Assembly: GCA_013626165.1 (NCBI GenBank)
Contig: NDHX01000009.1
Location: 2,007 to 66,006, forward strand
DNA: 64,000 bases
Reading direction: 5' to 3'
Source: Candidatus Velesiimonas alkalicola
GTDB taxonomy: Bacteria; Omnitrophota; Gorgyraeia; Velesiimonadales; Velesiimonadaceae
Below the pieces are notes generated by a model that saw only the letters and a program-made list of their open reading frames with translations, was not told the DNA's origin and did not search any database. Shown piece after piece: positions 50,113 through 60,400 of the stretch. Made by a program: the position numbers and the translations under genes. The stretch's first letter is position 1. The number at the start of each line of letters is the position of its first letter.

Positions 50113-50787
50113 ATGATTATGCAGAGACATTTTGATGAGGAATTAAACCTATTAAAAGAAAATCTTCTTCGTATGGCTGCACTTGCAGAGTCTCGTGTCC
50201 GTTCTTGTATAGATGCGCTGGTTTCAAGAGATGAGGAGATAGCAAAAAAGGTTATAGAATCGGATGAACAAATAAATAACATGCAGATGGAAGTAGATGA
50301 AACCTGTCTTAAACTTATTGCTCTTCATCAACCAACCGCTATTGATTTGAGATTTCTTACAATGACAATGAAAATAAGCGACGAACTTGAAAGAATAGGA
50401 GATCTGGCAGTAAATATCGCAGAGTGCTCGCAGAAACTTATTACAGAACCGTTGCTAAAACGACTTATTGATATACCAAGAATGGCAAGGCTTGCCGAAA
50501 ATATGGTCAAGAGCAGCATTGATGCATTTGTAAGGTGGGACGCAGAACTTGCAAAAACAGTATGTGAAAATGATAACGAGGTAGATGGGCTTAAAGACCA
50601 GATACTCAGAGAACTTCTAACATATATGATGGAAGACCAAAAAACAATCACAAGGGCAATAGAATTGATACTTGTATCAAGACATCTTGAAAGAATCGCA
50701 GACCATGCCACAAACATTGCAGAAGATGTAATATATATGGTAAAAGGAGAAGATATCAGGCATCATGCAATGGAAAAAATCAAATAA
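50113..50787 (+). CDS. phoU: phosphate signalling complex protein PhoU
   Basis: Two PhoU repeats (…ELERIGD…, …LERIADH…). Confidence 0.9.
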   Translation: MIMQRHFDEELNLLKENLLRMAALAESRVRSCIDALVSRDEEIAKKVIESDEQINNMQMEVDETCLKLIALHQPTAIDLRFLTMTMKISDELERIGDLAVNIAECSQKLITEPLLKRLIDIPRMARLAENMVKSSIDAFVRWDAELAKTVCENDNEVDGLKDQILRELLTYMMEDQKTITRAIELILVSRHLERIADHATNIAEDVIYMVKGEDIRHHAMEKIK

Positions 50788-50829
50788 CCGGATACCCGTC
50801 CCTGCCTGACCTTAGGGGTTGCTCATAAC

Positions 50830-51312
50830 CTACTTCTCTTCAAGAACCCGCCTTTTTAAGTTTTCTAACCTGGTCACAATGTCCCTGTCTTCTCCTTCGT
50901 CTTTATGCTTTTGAAAATATTCTTTTAACTCTGCTGCTATTATTTCATCTGGGATTAACTCAATGGTTTCATACAAATCTTTTTTTGTTATTTTTTGTAT
51001 AGCAGCCGCTGCTTCTTGTTTTGTCATATGAAGATTTAAACCGAAGGACCCTTCTAATTTTGTCCCTTTTATTTTCTGGACAATCTGTTGAAGTCTATAT
51101 TTAAACTTATTTTCCTGCATATCTAATATCTTTTCTTTATATTTTAGTTTTAATTTTTCAATATCTGCAACAGCAATAGTAGTTTTTGCCATATTTTTCA
51201 CAATGGGAGGGGCAATAACCTCATAAAAAAAATTTAGGTCTTTACTATCTTCGCACAGGCAGGTGCAGACAGCAGAGAAAACAAACACCAATGGTAAAAG
51301 TTTTTTTGCCAT
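50830..51312 (-). CDS. secreted hypothetical protein
   Basis: Signal peptide MAKKLLPLVFVFSAVCTCLC; no recognised domain. Confidence 0.4.
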   Translation of the reverse strand: MAKKLLPLVFVFSAVCTCLCEDSKDLNFFYEVIAPPIVKNMAKTTIAVADIEKLKLKYKEKILDMQENKFKYRLQQIVQKIKGTKLEGSFGLNLHMTKQEAAAAIQKITKKDLYETIELIPDEIIAAELKEYFQKHKDEGEDRDIVTRLENLKRRVLEEK

Positions 51313-51385
51313 ATCTATTCCATCCCCTCGATTTTGTTCTATCAGACATCTTGAAATAAATCAAATTATATAAGATAATAAAAAT

Positions 51386-53014
51386 ATGTTAAAACTTGGG
51401 CTATGCAGTATAAATTCAACTGTGGGTGATATTCAGAACAATAAAGAAAAAATTATACAAAAAATAAAACAGGCGCAAGGCATGGGTATTGACATAATAA
51501 TATTCCCTGAAATGTGCCTGTGCGGGTATCCTCCCGAGGACCTTCTTTTTAAAAAAACATTTATAGATGATAACAAAACAGCCCTTTACCAGATTATAGA
51601 GTCCTGTCAAAAAATCTGTGTTATGCTCGGTTTTGTTGATAAAAAAAAGAATTCACTTTTTAATTCAATGGCGGTGATAAAAGACAGCAGGCTTAAAGTC
51701 GTCTACAGCAAGATAATTCTTCCAAACTATGGTGTATTTGATGAGAAAAGATATTTTCAAAACGGAAATAAGGCTGAGGTATTTATAATCGGCGGAATAA
51801 AATTAGGGCTTACCATATGCGAAGATATGTGGGAGATAGAGAGTAATGCCTTAAAAGGGCTTTATAAACTAAAACCCGACATTCTTATAAATATATCTGC
51901 CTCTCCCTATCACATGCTTAAATGCCATGCACGAGAAAGTCTGCTGAAAAACATAGCAAGGACATATAACCTGCCGACAGTTTATGTAAATCTTGTAGGG
52001 GGGCAGGATGAACTTCTTTTTGACGGTGGGAATTTGGTATGCTCAAAAAACGGAGAAATTATATTCAGAGGTGAGCACTTTAAGGAAACAACTTCTACAA
52101 TAGTACTGAAAAAAGAAAAAGAAAATCTTATCATAATTTCTGAACAGAAAAACGCAAAATATCTTAAAACCGAAGAAGAAGTATATAAGGCACTTGTGTT
52201 AGGGACGCGGGATTATATTTTAAAAAATAAATTTAAAAAGATTTTACTGGGGGTAAGCGGCGGAATTGACAGTGCGCTTACAGCAAAGATTGCAGGTGAT
52301 GCAATAGGAAGTGAAAATGTAAATGCGCTTATTATGCCTTCAAGGTATTCATCAAAACAGACTATAAAAGATGCTCAAATTGTTTGTAAAAATCTTGGGA
52401 TAAACTATCATATTATTTCAATAGAAAAAATTTTCAGTACATTCTTAAAAATGCTACACTTTTTTTTCAAAGAAACACAGTCCGGGATTGCAGAAGAAAA
52501 CCTCCAGGCAAGAATTCGTGGGGACATTCTTATGGCATTTTCAAATAAGTTTGGATGGCTTGTGCTTTCAACAGGCAACAAGAGTGAATTGAGTATGGGG
52601 TATTGCACACTTTACGGAGATATGGCAGGCGGATTTGCAGTAATAAAAGATGTTCCAAAAACACTGGTTTATAAAATTGTAAGATACTTAAATGAAAAAG
52701 ACAAGAAAAAGATTATTCCGGAAGGCATAATAAAAAGGGCTCCTTCCGCAGAGTTAAAAGAAAATCAGAAAGATGAAGATACACTGCCGCCATATAAAGT
52801 TCTTGATGCCATACTTAAACTATATATAGAAGATGAAATGTCTTTTGAAGAAATAGTTAAAAAGGGATATCCAGCAGATGTTGTTCGTCCTGTTTTACAT
52901 ACAGTTGACCATAACGAATACAAAAGAAGACAGGGAGCACCCGGTATAAAGATTACACCAAAAGCGTTCGGTAAAGACAGAAGATTCCCGATAGTGAACA
53001 GGTATAGGGATTAG
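51386..53014 (+). CDS. nadE: glutamine-dependent NAD+ synthetase
   Basis: N-terminal CN-hydrolase domain plus C-terminal SGGIDS PP-loop. Confidence 0.9.
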   Translation: MLKLGLCSINSTVGDIQNNKEKIIQKIKQAQGMGIDIIIFPEMCLCGYPPEDLLFKKTFIDDNKTALYQIIESCQKICVMLGFVDKKKNSLFNSMAVIKDSRLKVVYSKIILPNYGVFDEKRYFQNGNKAEVFIIGGIKLGLTICEDMWEIESNALKGLYKLKPDILINISASPYHMLKCHARESLLKNIARTYNLPTVYVNLVGGQDELLFDGGNLVCSKNGEIIFRGEHFKETTSTIVLKKEKENLIIISEQKNAKYLKTEEEVYKALVLGTRDYILKNKFKKILLGVSGGIDSALTAKIAGDAIGSENVNALIMPSRYSSKQTIKDAQIVCKNLGINYHIISIEKIFSTFLKMLHFFFKETQSGIAEENLQARIRGDILMAFSNKFGWLVLSTGNKSELSMGYCTLYGDMAGGFAVIKDVPKTLVYKIVRYLNEKDKKKIIPEGIIKRAPSAELKENQKDEDTLPPYKVLDAILKLYIEDEMSFEEIVKKGYPADVVRPVLHTVDHNEYKRRQGAPGIKITPKAFGKDRRFPIVNRYRD

Positions 53015-53053
53015 GTAAGACATAGTTCCTGTTGAAAGTAAAAAAGAGAAATA

Positions 53054-53428
53054 GGGTGGATGCTTATTCCATCGGGTTATAAAATACAGGCTCAATAATC
53101 TTGAATTCGGAACAATTGACGGGATACCGAGACTTATAGATATAGGGCAGTGCAACAACGCATATTCTGCAATTCAGGTTGCACTTGAACTTGCAAAGGC
53201 GTTCAACTGCACTGTAAACGAACTACCGCTTTCCCTTATACTTTCCTGGTATGAACAAAAAGCGGTGGCAATACTTTTAAGTCTACTTTATCTTGGCGTA
53301 AAAGGTATAAGGCTGGGCCCTACTCCTCCTGCATTCATAACACCGAATGTATTCAAAATAATACAGGAAAAGTTTGACCTAAAACTTATAACAAAACCTG
53401 AAAAAGACTTAAAAGAGATATTTGGGTG
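53054..53428 (+). pseudogene. hcp: 3' remnant (last ~125 codons) of hybrid-cluster protein/hydroxylamine reductase
   Basis: …[93 protein letters not shown]… matches Hcp C-terminus; no start, preceded by TAG. Confidence 0.65.
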
Positions 53429-53636
53429 ATACGGGACACAGCAAGTAGGGGATTTAAATACATGAGGGGTCTGGGAGTTTTCTATATCCTACGACCCATC
53501 GTTCTGATCCTGAACAAAGTGAAGGGGAAGAATCTCTGGCTAATAGGAATAAACAAGGGCCTACCCCCTTAGACTCAGTCGGGGTAGGGCCAGGCAGGGA
53601 TGTTTTTTTCGGTCCCTATAAGCTTCAAAGGCATAC

Positions 53637-53876
53637 TTAAAAATATCTTTTAGGTCTTTTTGCCGATTTATGAATCTGGACCTTTATTTTTTTAGGTTCG
53701 CAAAATTCTTTTCTGTGGGTTTTGAGCCAATCTTTGCCATGCCTTTGTATCCATTCAATGGCAGCCTTTTCCATCCCTACATCAGAACCTGTCTTTTCAC
53801 TTTCAATCCATTTGTGCTTTGTAATCTCTTCAAGTGCCTCTGGGTCGGCAAGAAAATTATACGGGGACATAGACAC
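53637..53876 (-). CDS. small conserved protein with basic C-terminal tail (paralogue of 57475..57717)
   Basis: Shared motif F..DP.A.EEI.K.KW.ESEK.G.D.G.EKAA.DWI..HG. Confidence 0.5.
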   Translation of the reverse strand: MSMSPYNFLADPEALEEITKHKWIESEKTGSDVGMEKAAIEWIQRHGKDWLKTHRKEFCEPKKIKVQIHKSAKRPKRYF

Positions 53877-53936
53877 CTCCTTCTTTTACTCTTGTAGATA
53901 AGTATAATCAAGGATGGTGTCAAAATAATGGAGGAT

Positions 53937-53955
53937 TTGTGAAATGTTTGTGAAT
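53937..53955 (+). promoter_or_regulatory. Pho-box-like direct repeat TTTGTGA-n4-TTTGTGA upstream of the PhoB/PhoR-like operon
   Basis: tttgtgaaatgtttgtgaa: 7-bp direct repeat at 11-bp period, PhoB-box architecture. Confidence 0.35.
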
Positions 53956-54108
53956 TCGGGCACCCTTCGGGCACCCTTTGGGTGTGTTGTTTTTCTTGTT
54001 TTGAAATTTCCCTTTCCCATCGTCCTTGTTGAGGGCTTGCCCTTAACTTGTCCGGGGGCTCGGTAGGTCGGGTATTGAAAAAAACTTTATTTATGTTAAT
54101 ATGATACT

Positions 54109-54795
54109 ATGAGCAGGTTGAACATACTTATTATTGAAGATGACCCACACATATCAAAACTTGTAAAATATAATCTTGAAAGGGAACATTATGATTGCAC
54201 GGTTGTCTCAAACGGAGAAAAGGCGATTGAAATATTAAAAAATAGGGCAGCCAATTTAGTAATACTTGATATAATGCTTCCGGGTATGGATGGTTTTGAA
54301 TTCTGCCGCATTATAAAACAGCACAGTAGCCTTAAAAGCGTACCTATCATTATGCTTACAGCAAAGGGTCAAGAGGTTGACAGGGTTGTAGGGCTTGAAC
54401 TTGGAGCGGATGACTATATTGTAAAGCCATTCAGCATAAGAGAACTTGTACTCAGGATAAAAGCGGTCCTAAAAAGAAAAGAGGAAAAAAAGCCGGAAGA
54501 AACCATAAACATAGGCGATATAACAATTGATATACCAAAACATAAGATTACGGTAAAAAACAAGGATGTTCCTTTTACCGCGATGGAATTCAAACTGCTG
54601 CTTCTTCTTATCGAAAGAGCAGGAAGGGTGCAATCCCGGGAAGATTTACTTTCGGATGTATGGGGCATTGAAAGTGAGATTTTCACAAGAACGGTGGATA
54701 CGCACATAAAAAGAATAAGACAGAAATTGGGAAAACAAAAAGATATGATAGAAACCGTAAGAGGCGTCGGATACCGGTTTAAGGAGATGGAATAA
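54109..54795 (+). CDS. OmpR-family response regulator (PhoB-like)
   Basis: Receiver domain (ILIIEDD…D) plus winged-helix trans_reg_C. Confidence 0.85.
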   Translation: MSRLNILIIEDDPHISKLVKYNLEREHYDCTVVSNGEKAIEILKNRAANLVILDIMLPGMDGFEFCRIIKQHSSLKSVPIIMLTAKGQEVDRVVGLELGADDYIVKPFSIRELVLRIKAVLKRKEEKKPEETINIGDITIDIPKHKITVKNKDVPFTAMEFKLLLLLIERAGRVQSREDLLSDVWGIESEIFTRTVDTHIKRIRQKLGKQKDMIETVRGVGYRFKEME

Positions 54796-55998
54796 ATGTT
54801 TTTTCTGATTCTAATACTTTTACTTTTAGCGGTTTCAATCTACCTGCAGATGAAAATACATAACCAGTCTTCTGTTATAAGAAAAATATCTCTTGATAAA
54901 GAAGATCTTAAAGACGAACTGAAACTGGAAAATCAAAAAGACAGGTTTGGTATGGCGGAACTTGAGGCGATTCTGTCAAGTATGCTTGAAGGGGTTCTCG
55001 TCGTAAATAAGAAAGGCGCCATAAGACTTATGAACCCGTCTTTTAAAAAAACATTTTTTATAGACATTCCCTTTGAGGGAAAGATGCCCCTGGAGGTGGT
55101 AAGAAACAATATTATCCAGGATGTTGTAGATAAAACTCTTAAAGGGGAGATTATAAGCGAAGAGATCTCACTTCCTACATTTGAGGAAAAGACCCTTAAG
55201 ATAAACAGTGCCCCTGTCCAAAGAAATGCAAGTGTAGAAGGTGCTGTTTTAGTATTCCATGATATAACACAGATAAGAAAACTTGAAAAGGTAAGACAGG
55301 ATTTTGTAGCAAATGTATCACATGAATTAAGAACGCCTGTTTCCAGTATCCATGGCTATGCGGAAACACTTCTTAAGAGCGGTATAGATGATAAAAAACA
55401 TAACAGAGAATTCGTAAGTATTATATATAAAGCCAGTGAAAGACTTTGCAGGCTTATCAATGACCTTTTGGACCTTTCCAAATTAGAATCAAGCAGAATG
55501 AAGCTCGTTTTTCAGGATATTGACATATCAACAACGATAAAAAAGGTTGTGTCTATTATAGAAACACAAGTGAAGTCAAAACAGATTCAATTAATATTAA
55601 ACATTCCCAAAAATATTCCGATGATTAAAGCAGACGACTCAAAATTATCACAAGTTTTCCTTAATCTTCTTGATAACGCTATAAGATATACACCCGGCGG
55701 TGGGAATATTACAATATCTGCATTTTCAAAAGATGGCACCATCCAGATTGATGTGTCAGACACAGGTATCGGAATACCGGAAAAAGACATACAAAGAATG
55801 TTTGAAAGATTTTACCGTGTGGATAGGGCAAGGTCAATTGAAACAGGAGGCACAGGGCTTGGACTTTCAATAGTAAAACATATTGTTCAGGCACATAATG
55901 GAGATATCTGGGTAAGATCGGAAATGGGAAAAGGTTCAACATTTAGTTTTACAATTCCGGTTGCCAACCCACCTACCCGCCCCCCAAGTCAGGGCTGA
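54796..55998 (+). CDS. sensor histidine kinase (PhoR-like): TM, PAS, HisKA, HATPase
   Basis: HELRTP H-box; N, G1 (DTGIGI), G2 ([10 protein letters not shown]) boxes. Confidence 0.85.
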   Translation: MFFLILILLLLAVSIYLQMKIHNQSSVIRKISLDKEDLKDELKLENQKDRFGMAELEAILSSMLEGVLVVNKKGAIRLMNPSFKKTFFIDIPFEGKMPLEVVRNNIIQDVVDKTLKGEIISEEISLPTFEEKTLKINSAPVQRNASVEGAVLVFHDITQIRKLEKVRQDFVANVSHELRTPVSSIHGYAETLLKSGIDDKKHNREFVSIIYKASERLCRLINDLLDLSKLESSRMKLVFQDIDISTTIKKVVSIIETQVKSKQIQLILNIPKNIPMIKADDSKLSQVFLNLLDNAIRYTPGGGNITISAFSKDGTIQIDVSDTGIGIPEKDIQRMFERFYRVDRARSIETGGTGLGLSIVKHIVQAHNGDIWVRSEMGKGSTFSFTIPVANPPTRPPSQG

Positions 55999-56088
55999 GG
56001 CAGACAGATAAATTTTACAATTTTTTCACCTTTCCTCCACATTGTTTTCACAAACCCGCAGATAATATGTAATTCAGCGGAGGGTGTT

Positions 56089-56427
56089 ATGGAAAAAAGA
56101 ACAATTGTTAAGATAAGACAGAAAAAAGAATATCCGGAGGCAAAAAACCATGTTGTTATCGGTGAAATCCTTGAAGAAACCGAACATTATCTGAGACTAA
56201 GATGCAAGGTATTTCACTATAGAACAAGTAACTATAAGACTGCAAAAAGTGTTGATGTGGGAAAGATTAAAATAAGATGGATACCATGGAATATTATTAC
56301 GGTTGTTACGGAATTACCGTCAGATTTTAACTGGGAAAGCGCGAAATTTAAAGTGGACGGCAACGGGAAACTCATATTGGAGGGGCAGTATTCACAAGAA
56401 GAACTAGCAGGGGTTGCAGATTCATAA
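56089..56427 (+). CDS. hypothetical protein
   Basis: 112-aa ORF with RBS-like context; no domain recognised. Confidence 0.35.
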   Translation: MEKRTIVKIRQKKEYPEAKNHVVIGEILEETEHYLRLRCKVFHYRTSNYKTAKSVDVGKIKIRWIPWNIITVVTELPSDFNWESAKFKVDGNGKLILEGQYSQEELAGVADS

Positions 56428-57339
56428 CCGTTCTACAATTTCTATGTGTTCGTTGGGTTTGTATTTTATGATGCTCTCTGATGGATAAAAACCTTTTGGA
56501 AGAAGTGCAAGCGGGTACACAACTGTATTTTTACCTATAAATGTTCCAGGTGATGTTACACAACTGCATCCCACTTGTGAAAAATCACCTAATACAACGC
56601 CTATTTTTCTTCTTCCAAGATCATACTTTTCACCTTCATATTCTATAATTACATTCTTTTTTTGTCCGGTTGAGGAAAATATACCAAAGTTTGCACTTGT
56701 GGCCTGGTTTCCAAAATGCGATTTATATCCACAAATACTATCACCTAAATATGAAATATGAGGAAATTTGGCGCCATCCATCAAGATACTGTTTTTTATC
56801 TCTCCTCCTACTATAACATCATTTCCAATAATAACAGGTCCTCTTATATATGCATTGCCTCTGATCTGACATCTGTCTCCTATAATTACAGGTCCTTTTA
56901 TGGTTGAACAGGGCTCAACTGTCGTATCTTTGCCTATAAATAAACCACCTTCAGAAACAAAAAGATTTGTACCAAAAACAACAGACCCTTTTGATACAAA
57001 AATAGGATCTGGTTCTGCAAAATCATTTACAGGAAAAGAAAATACTGAGAGAGGCTTAAATACCACATCTCCATCAGATATGACCTTAAGTTTGCCAGAG
57101 ATTGGAGAAGTAAGCAGGAGGGGCCTTTCTACATAATTTTTTCTATCTTTTGTTCTGTTCTGTAACCATTTTAGTATATAATCTCCTATAACATCAAGAA
57201 CAGAAACAACAGAACCTGCTTTTTTAAATATATCTTTATGAACAAAAGGATGAGCCTTAAAATCAAAATAAGTTTCTGCCCGAAAAGGTATTGGCACATC
57301 TTTTTTAGGCAAATCTTTTATTTTTATTATTGACATAAG
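56422..57339 (-). CDS. left-handed beta-helix (hexapeptide-repeat) protein, GlmU C-terminal-like (start MSIIKIKDL; track N-terminus is repeat-derived)
   Basis: Tandem hexapeptide repeats (GPVIIGDRCQIRGNAYIRGPVIIGNDVIVGG…). Confidence 0.55.
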   Translation of the reverse strand, partial: LMSIIKIKDLPKKDVPIPFRAETYFDFKAHPFVHKDIFKKAGSVVSVLDVIGDYILKWLQNRTKDRKNYVERPLLLTSPISGKLKVISDGDVVFKPLSVFSFPVNDFAEPDPIFVSKGSVVFGTNLFVSEGGLFIGKDTTVEPCSTIKGPVIIGDRCQIRGNAYIRGPVIIGNDVIVGGEIKNSILMDGAKFPHISYLGDSICGYKSHFGNQATSANFGIFSSTGQKKNVIIEYEGEKYDLGRRKIGVVLGDFSQVGCSCVTSPGTFIGKNTVVYPLALLPKGFYPSESIIKYKPNEHIEIVERL

Positions 57340-57373
57340 ATACTTAAGTTCCCGACGGCACAACCCCAATCCC

Positions 57374-57416
57374 ACACACCAGAGCACCAGGGCACCCGCG
57401 CACCAGAGCACCGGAA
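57374..57416. repeat. degenerate 8-mer tandem array (CACCAGAG family)
   Basis: caccagagcaccagggcacccgcgcaccagagcaccgg. Confidence 0.5.
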
Positions 57417-57474
57417 TGCCAGTTACCTGTCACCCGTTATTAGGGTTTTGTAAGGGTCTCAATTTGCACTTTGC

Positions 57475-57717
57475 CTATTTTCTCTTCGTTATTTTTGATG
57501 GCTTTCCACTAGAGCAAGATGTTGCTTTTTTAACAGTCGGGGCAGTTTTTTTACAACATTTTTCAAGATAGGCATCACCATGTTTTTCAATCCAATCTTT
57601 GGCAGCTTTTTCAAATCCAATATCATAGCCTGCCTTTTCACTTTCAACCCACTTGAACTTGTTAATTTCTTCTACTGCCTTTGGGTCTTTTAAAAAATCA
57701 TATTCTACCATATACAC
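57475..57717 (-). CDS. small conserved protein, paralogue of 53637..53876
   Basis: FLKDPKAVEEINKFKWVESEKAGYDIGFEKAAKDWIEKHG. Confidence 0.5.
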   Translation of the reverse strand: MYMVEYDFLKDPKAVEEINKFKWVESEKAGYDIGFEKAAKDWIEKHGDAYLEKCCKKTAPTVKKATSCSSGKPSKITKRK

Positions 57718-57825
57718 CTCCTATTTTCTTTCGTAGACCGTATTTCGTATATCGTATTCCGTAAAAAACGGGCAACTATATACGGAATACGGTATACAAA
57801 CAACGGCTTTCACAAACGACGGCTC

Positions 57826-58671
57826 TTACCCGCCACCTTGTTTTTTTAGTTTCTCTATCCTTACACTCTTTAACATTTCTCTTGCGGTTTGTATATCTTT
57901 TCTTTCTGTTATATCTACAATTATATCACACCCTTTTATTATATAAAATGGAAATTTTTTGTCAACAAGATACTGCACAGCAGAAGGAAGTTCATATTCG
58001 TTTCTTTTTAGGTCATAACCTATAGACCTGCAGGCTTTAAATATATCTGGTGTGAACTTAAAAAGATTCATATTTAGATATATACTTCCCTCTGTACTAT
58101 ATTTTTTAGGGTCTTCAGGTTTTTCAACTATTCTTATAAGACTTGAATGTTCATTATATTGTATAATACCAAATCCTTTAAATCTTTCTTTTCTTATATT
58201 GCTGTTTTTTAATAAAAAACTTTTTTTATATGCTGCAACATAACAGACTTTTGGTTTTGTTGAACACAATTTTTTCAATGTTCCCACACCATACACATTA
58301 TCATAGTTAGAAAGAATAAACTCGTCTTTACCTGCAAACTCTTCTGCACAAAGAACCGCATCGGCTGTTCCCTTTTGATGTTTCTGAATAGCAAAAGATA
58401 TTTTTATGTCCGGGTGTGCCTTTTTTAGGTTTTTTAAGTGTCCTTGTATTTTATCTTCTACAGGTCTTATCACAAAACAGAACTCTTTTATTCCTGCCTG
58501 CAAAAATTGGTCTATAACATAATCAATAAAGGGGGTTTGTGATATTTTAATCAACCCTTTTGCACCTTCATCGGCAAAAGATTCTGTTTCCTTATCAAGA
58601 ACAACAGCAGGGTCTTTTTTTTGCATCCTTGTCCCAAGCCCTGCGGCAAGTATAACTGCTTTTTTTATCAT
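57826..58671 (-). CDS. sugar-phosphate nucleotidyltransferase (start MIKKAVILAAG)
   Basis: AVILAAGLGTRM NTP-transferase glycine-rich loop. Confidence 0.75.
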   Translation of the reverse strand: MIKKAVILAAGLGTRMQKKDPAVVLDKETESFADEGAKGLIKISQTPFIDYVIDQFLQAGIKEFCFVIRPVEDKIQGHLKNLKKAHPDIKISFAIQKHQKGTADAVLCAEEFAGKDEFILSNYDNVYGVGTLKKLCSTKPKVCYVAAYKKSFLLKNSNIRKERFKGFGIIQYNEHSSLIRIVEKPEDPKKYSTEGSIYLNMNLFKFTPDIFKACRSIGYDLKRNEYELPSAVQYLVDKKFPFYIIKGCDIIVDITERKDIQTAREMLKSVRIEKLKKQGGG

Positions 58672-58682
58672 ATTAGGGCGTA

Positions 58683-59333
58683 TCACTTGAAAAACTTTTT
58701 CACAAACTCAATGGTATCAGAACAGATTTTTTTCCAGTCTTCCAGTTCTAATCCTGCGCCGATTGCAATTTTTTTTACCTCTTCATCTGTTCTTAAATCA
58801 TCCGGTTTATGAGAGTCTGTATTAAGAACAAGTTTTGCACCGGCTTTTTTTGCAATCTTTACGATATGGCCGTTTGAAAGGCAATGCCCTTTCCTGCAGG
58901 ATATTTCAAGTCTTATGCCTTTTTTTGCAGCAATCCTTGCTTCTTCCAATGTAATAAGACCCGGATGTGTAAGAATATCTATATCAAGGCCAAGAGCAGT
59001 TTTATTCGTTCCAGCCTGAACAGGTTCTACAAGTGTCTCACCGTGGACAAGAACTATTTTTGCTCCTAAAATTCTTGCCTGTTCTACAATTTCTCTTGTA
59101 TCATCAGGTCTTACATGCGTAATCTCAACACCGGGTATAACCCTTATCATACCTTTTTTGTCAAGTGTGGCGCACGCATTGATAAGTCCGGGCAGTACAT
59201 TTTCAAGGTTAGATGCATCTATGTGGTCAGTTATGGCAATCACTTTATAGCCCTTGACATATGCCCTTCTTACAAGTTCTGATGGCAAAAGAACCCCGTC
59301 GCTTAATAATGAATGTGTATGCAGGTCTATCAT
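58683..59333 (-). CDS. PHP-domain metal-dependent phosphoesterase (histidinol-phosphatase-like)
   Basis: MIDLHTHSLLSDG…ITDH PHP motifs I-II and later His/Asp ligands. Confidence 0.7.
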   Translation of the reverse strand: MIDLHTHSLLSDGVLLPSELVRRAYVKGYKVIAITDHIDASNLENVLPGLINACATLDKKGMIRVIPGVEITHVRPDDTREIVEQARILGAKIVLVHGETLVEPVQAGTNKTALGLDIDILTHPGLITLEEARIAAKKGIRLEISCRKGHCLSNGHIVKIAKKAGAKLVLNTDSHKPDDLRTDEEVKKIAIGAGLELEDWKKICSDTIEFVKKFFK

Positions 59334-59429
59334 ATTAAATTATTAAATAGGGTCTGCTGAAAAACTATTTTTTATCAATATTTTGAAACAGACGCCCTCT
59401 CACATTTACTATTTTGTTGCTCACCCTGT

Positions 59430-60400
59430 TTGACTTTATTAAATTCTTGCGATTGTTGTGGATAAGTTCATCGCCACCAGCCCCAATCGGATGTTTAACT
59501 CCTCGTTTTTGTAAAGTTTACCGCTCTAACCCGTAGTGAACTTTTGAAACACCAATCCTGGCCTTCAATCTGACGCAAAAGTTTTCCGTCCCAACGGCAC
59601 AAACGCTGCTTTTATTTCTTCATCTGCCACATCTCTCGGTTGGTTTTACTACCGTAAATTTTATCGGTGATGACTACCTCCGGCTTTTTCCCAAGCCGTT
59701 CCTCATAGAGGGAAATACTCTCGTTTAGTACAGCGCTTTTGTGATATGCTTCCGTTAAAAATTTATCTAATAATAAATATCTGTCAACATGACTTACACT
59801 TATTTTCGGACCAAATTCTACTTTCTTGTCCGCTTTTTCTCTTACAATCGGTCTGATGTTCGGCTTGTGAAAACTTACTATTCGGTCTTTAACACTATGG
59901 GTTTTATCTTTCAACATCTCTAACTGTTGTTTGCAAATCTTACGGGCAACCTTGACCTTTTCCTTCGTTACAATGCTTACTCTGGTTGGTAATTCTTTTG
60001 CCTGTCTCATTAGTTCTTCTAACTGCCTGATATTTCGCCTTGTCCATTGTAATAATTGCTTCTTGACTTGCCGTACTTTTTTAATCGTGTGCTGCCTCTT
60101 CTTTGTAAAGCCTGAATAACATTTTTTTTGCTTTCCAACAGTAAGTCCTGATTTTCTTTTTGAGCCCTTCAGTTTTTCTTACTCTTTTTATCGTTTCTAC
60201 CACCCACTGCCTAGCGCTTTCTATAACCCATATATTTGTCAGATATTTGATGTTTGCCGGATACACCGTAGCATCCACCATCTGCTGGCTTGTCTTGATT
60301 ATCTTTTTGTCTTTCAGTACTGAAAGTATCTTATTTTTAAACTTCTTGAAATATTTTGTCCCAAGCCGTTTGACGGGCTCCACGCCTGTCCGCCTCCATA
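59430..60400 (-). mobile_element. IS5-family (DDE_Tnp_1) transposase remnant, frameshifted and internally deleted
   Basis: ORF 60081..60383 …QMVDATVYPANIKYLTN… and ORF 59612..60010 …DRIVSFHKPNIRPIVREKADKKVEFGPKISVS… are IS5-family blocks; C-terminal …ARIGVSKVHYGLER in a third frame. Confidence 0.5.

Noticed and set aside
53430-53640. Possible small RNA/tRNA between the hcp remnant and ORF 53637..53876
   Set aside because: Only a single 11-bp-stem hairpin (gggcctacccc…ggggtagggcc) with a distal T-run. There is no cloverleaf, and no conserved tRNA boxes or 6S/tmRNA features were recognisable by eye. It is more likely a terminator-like structure.
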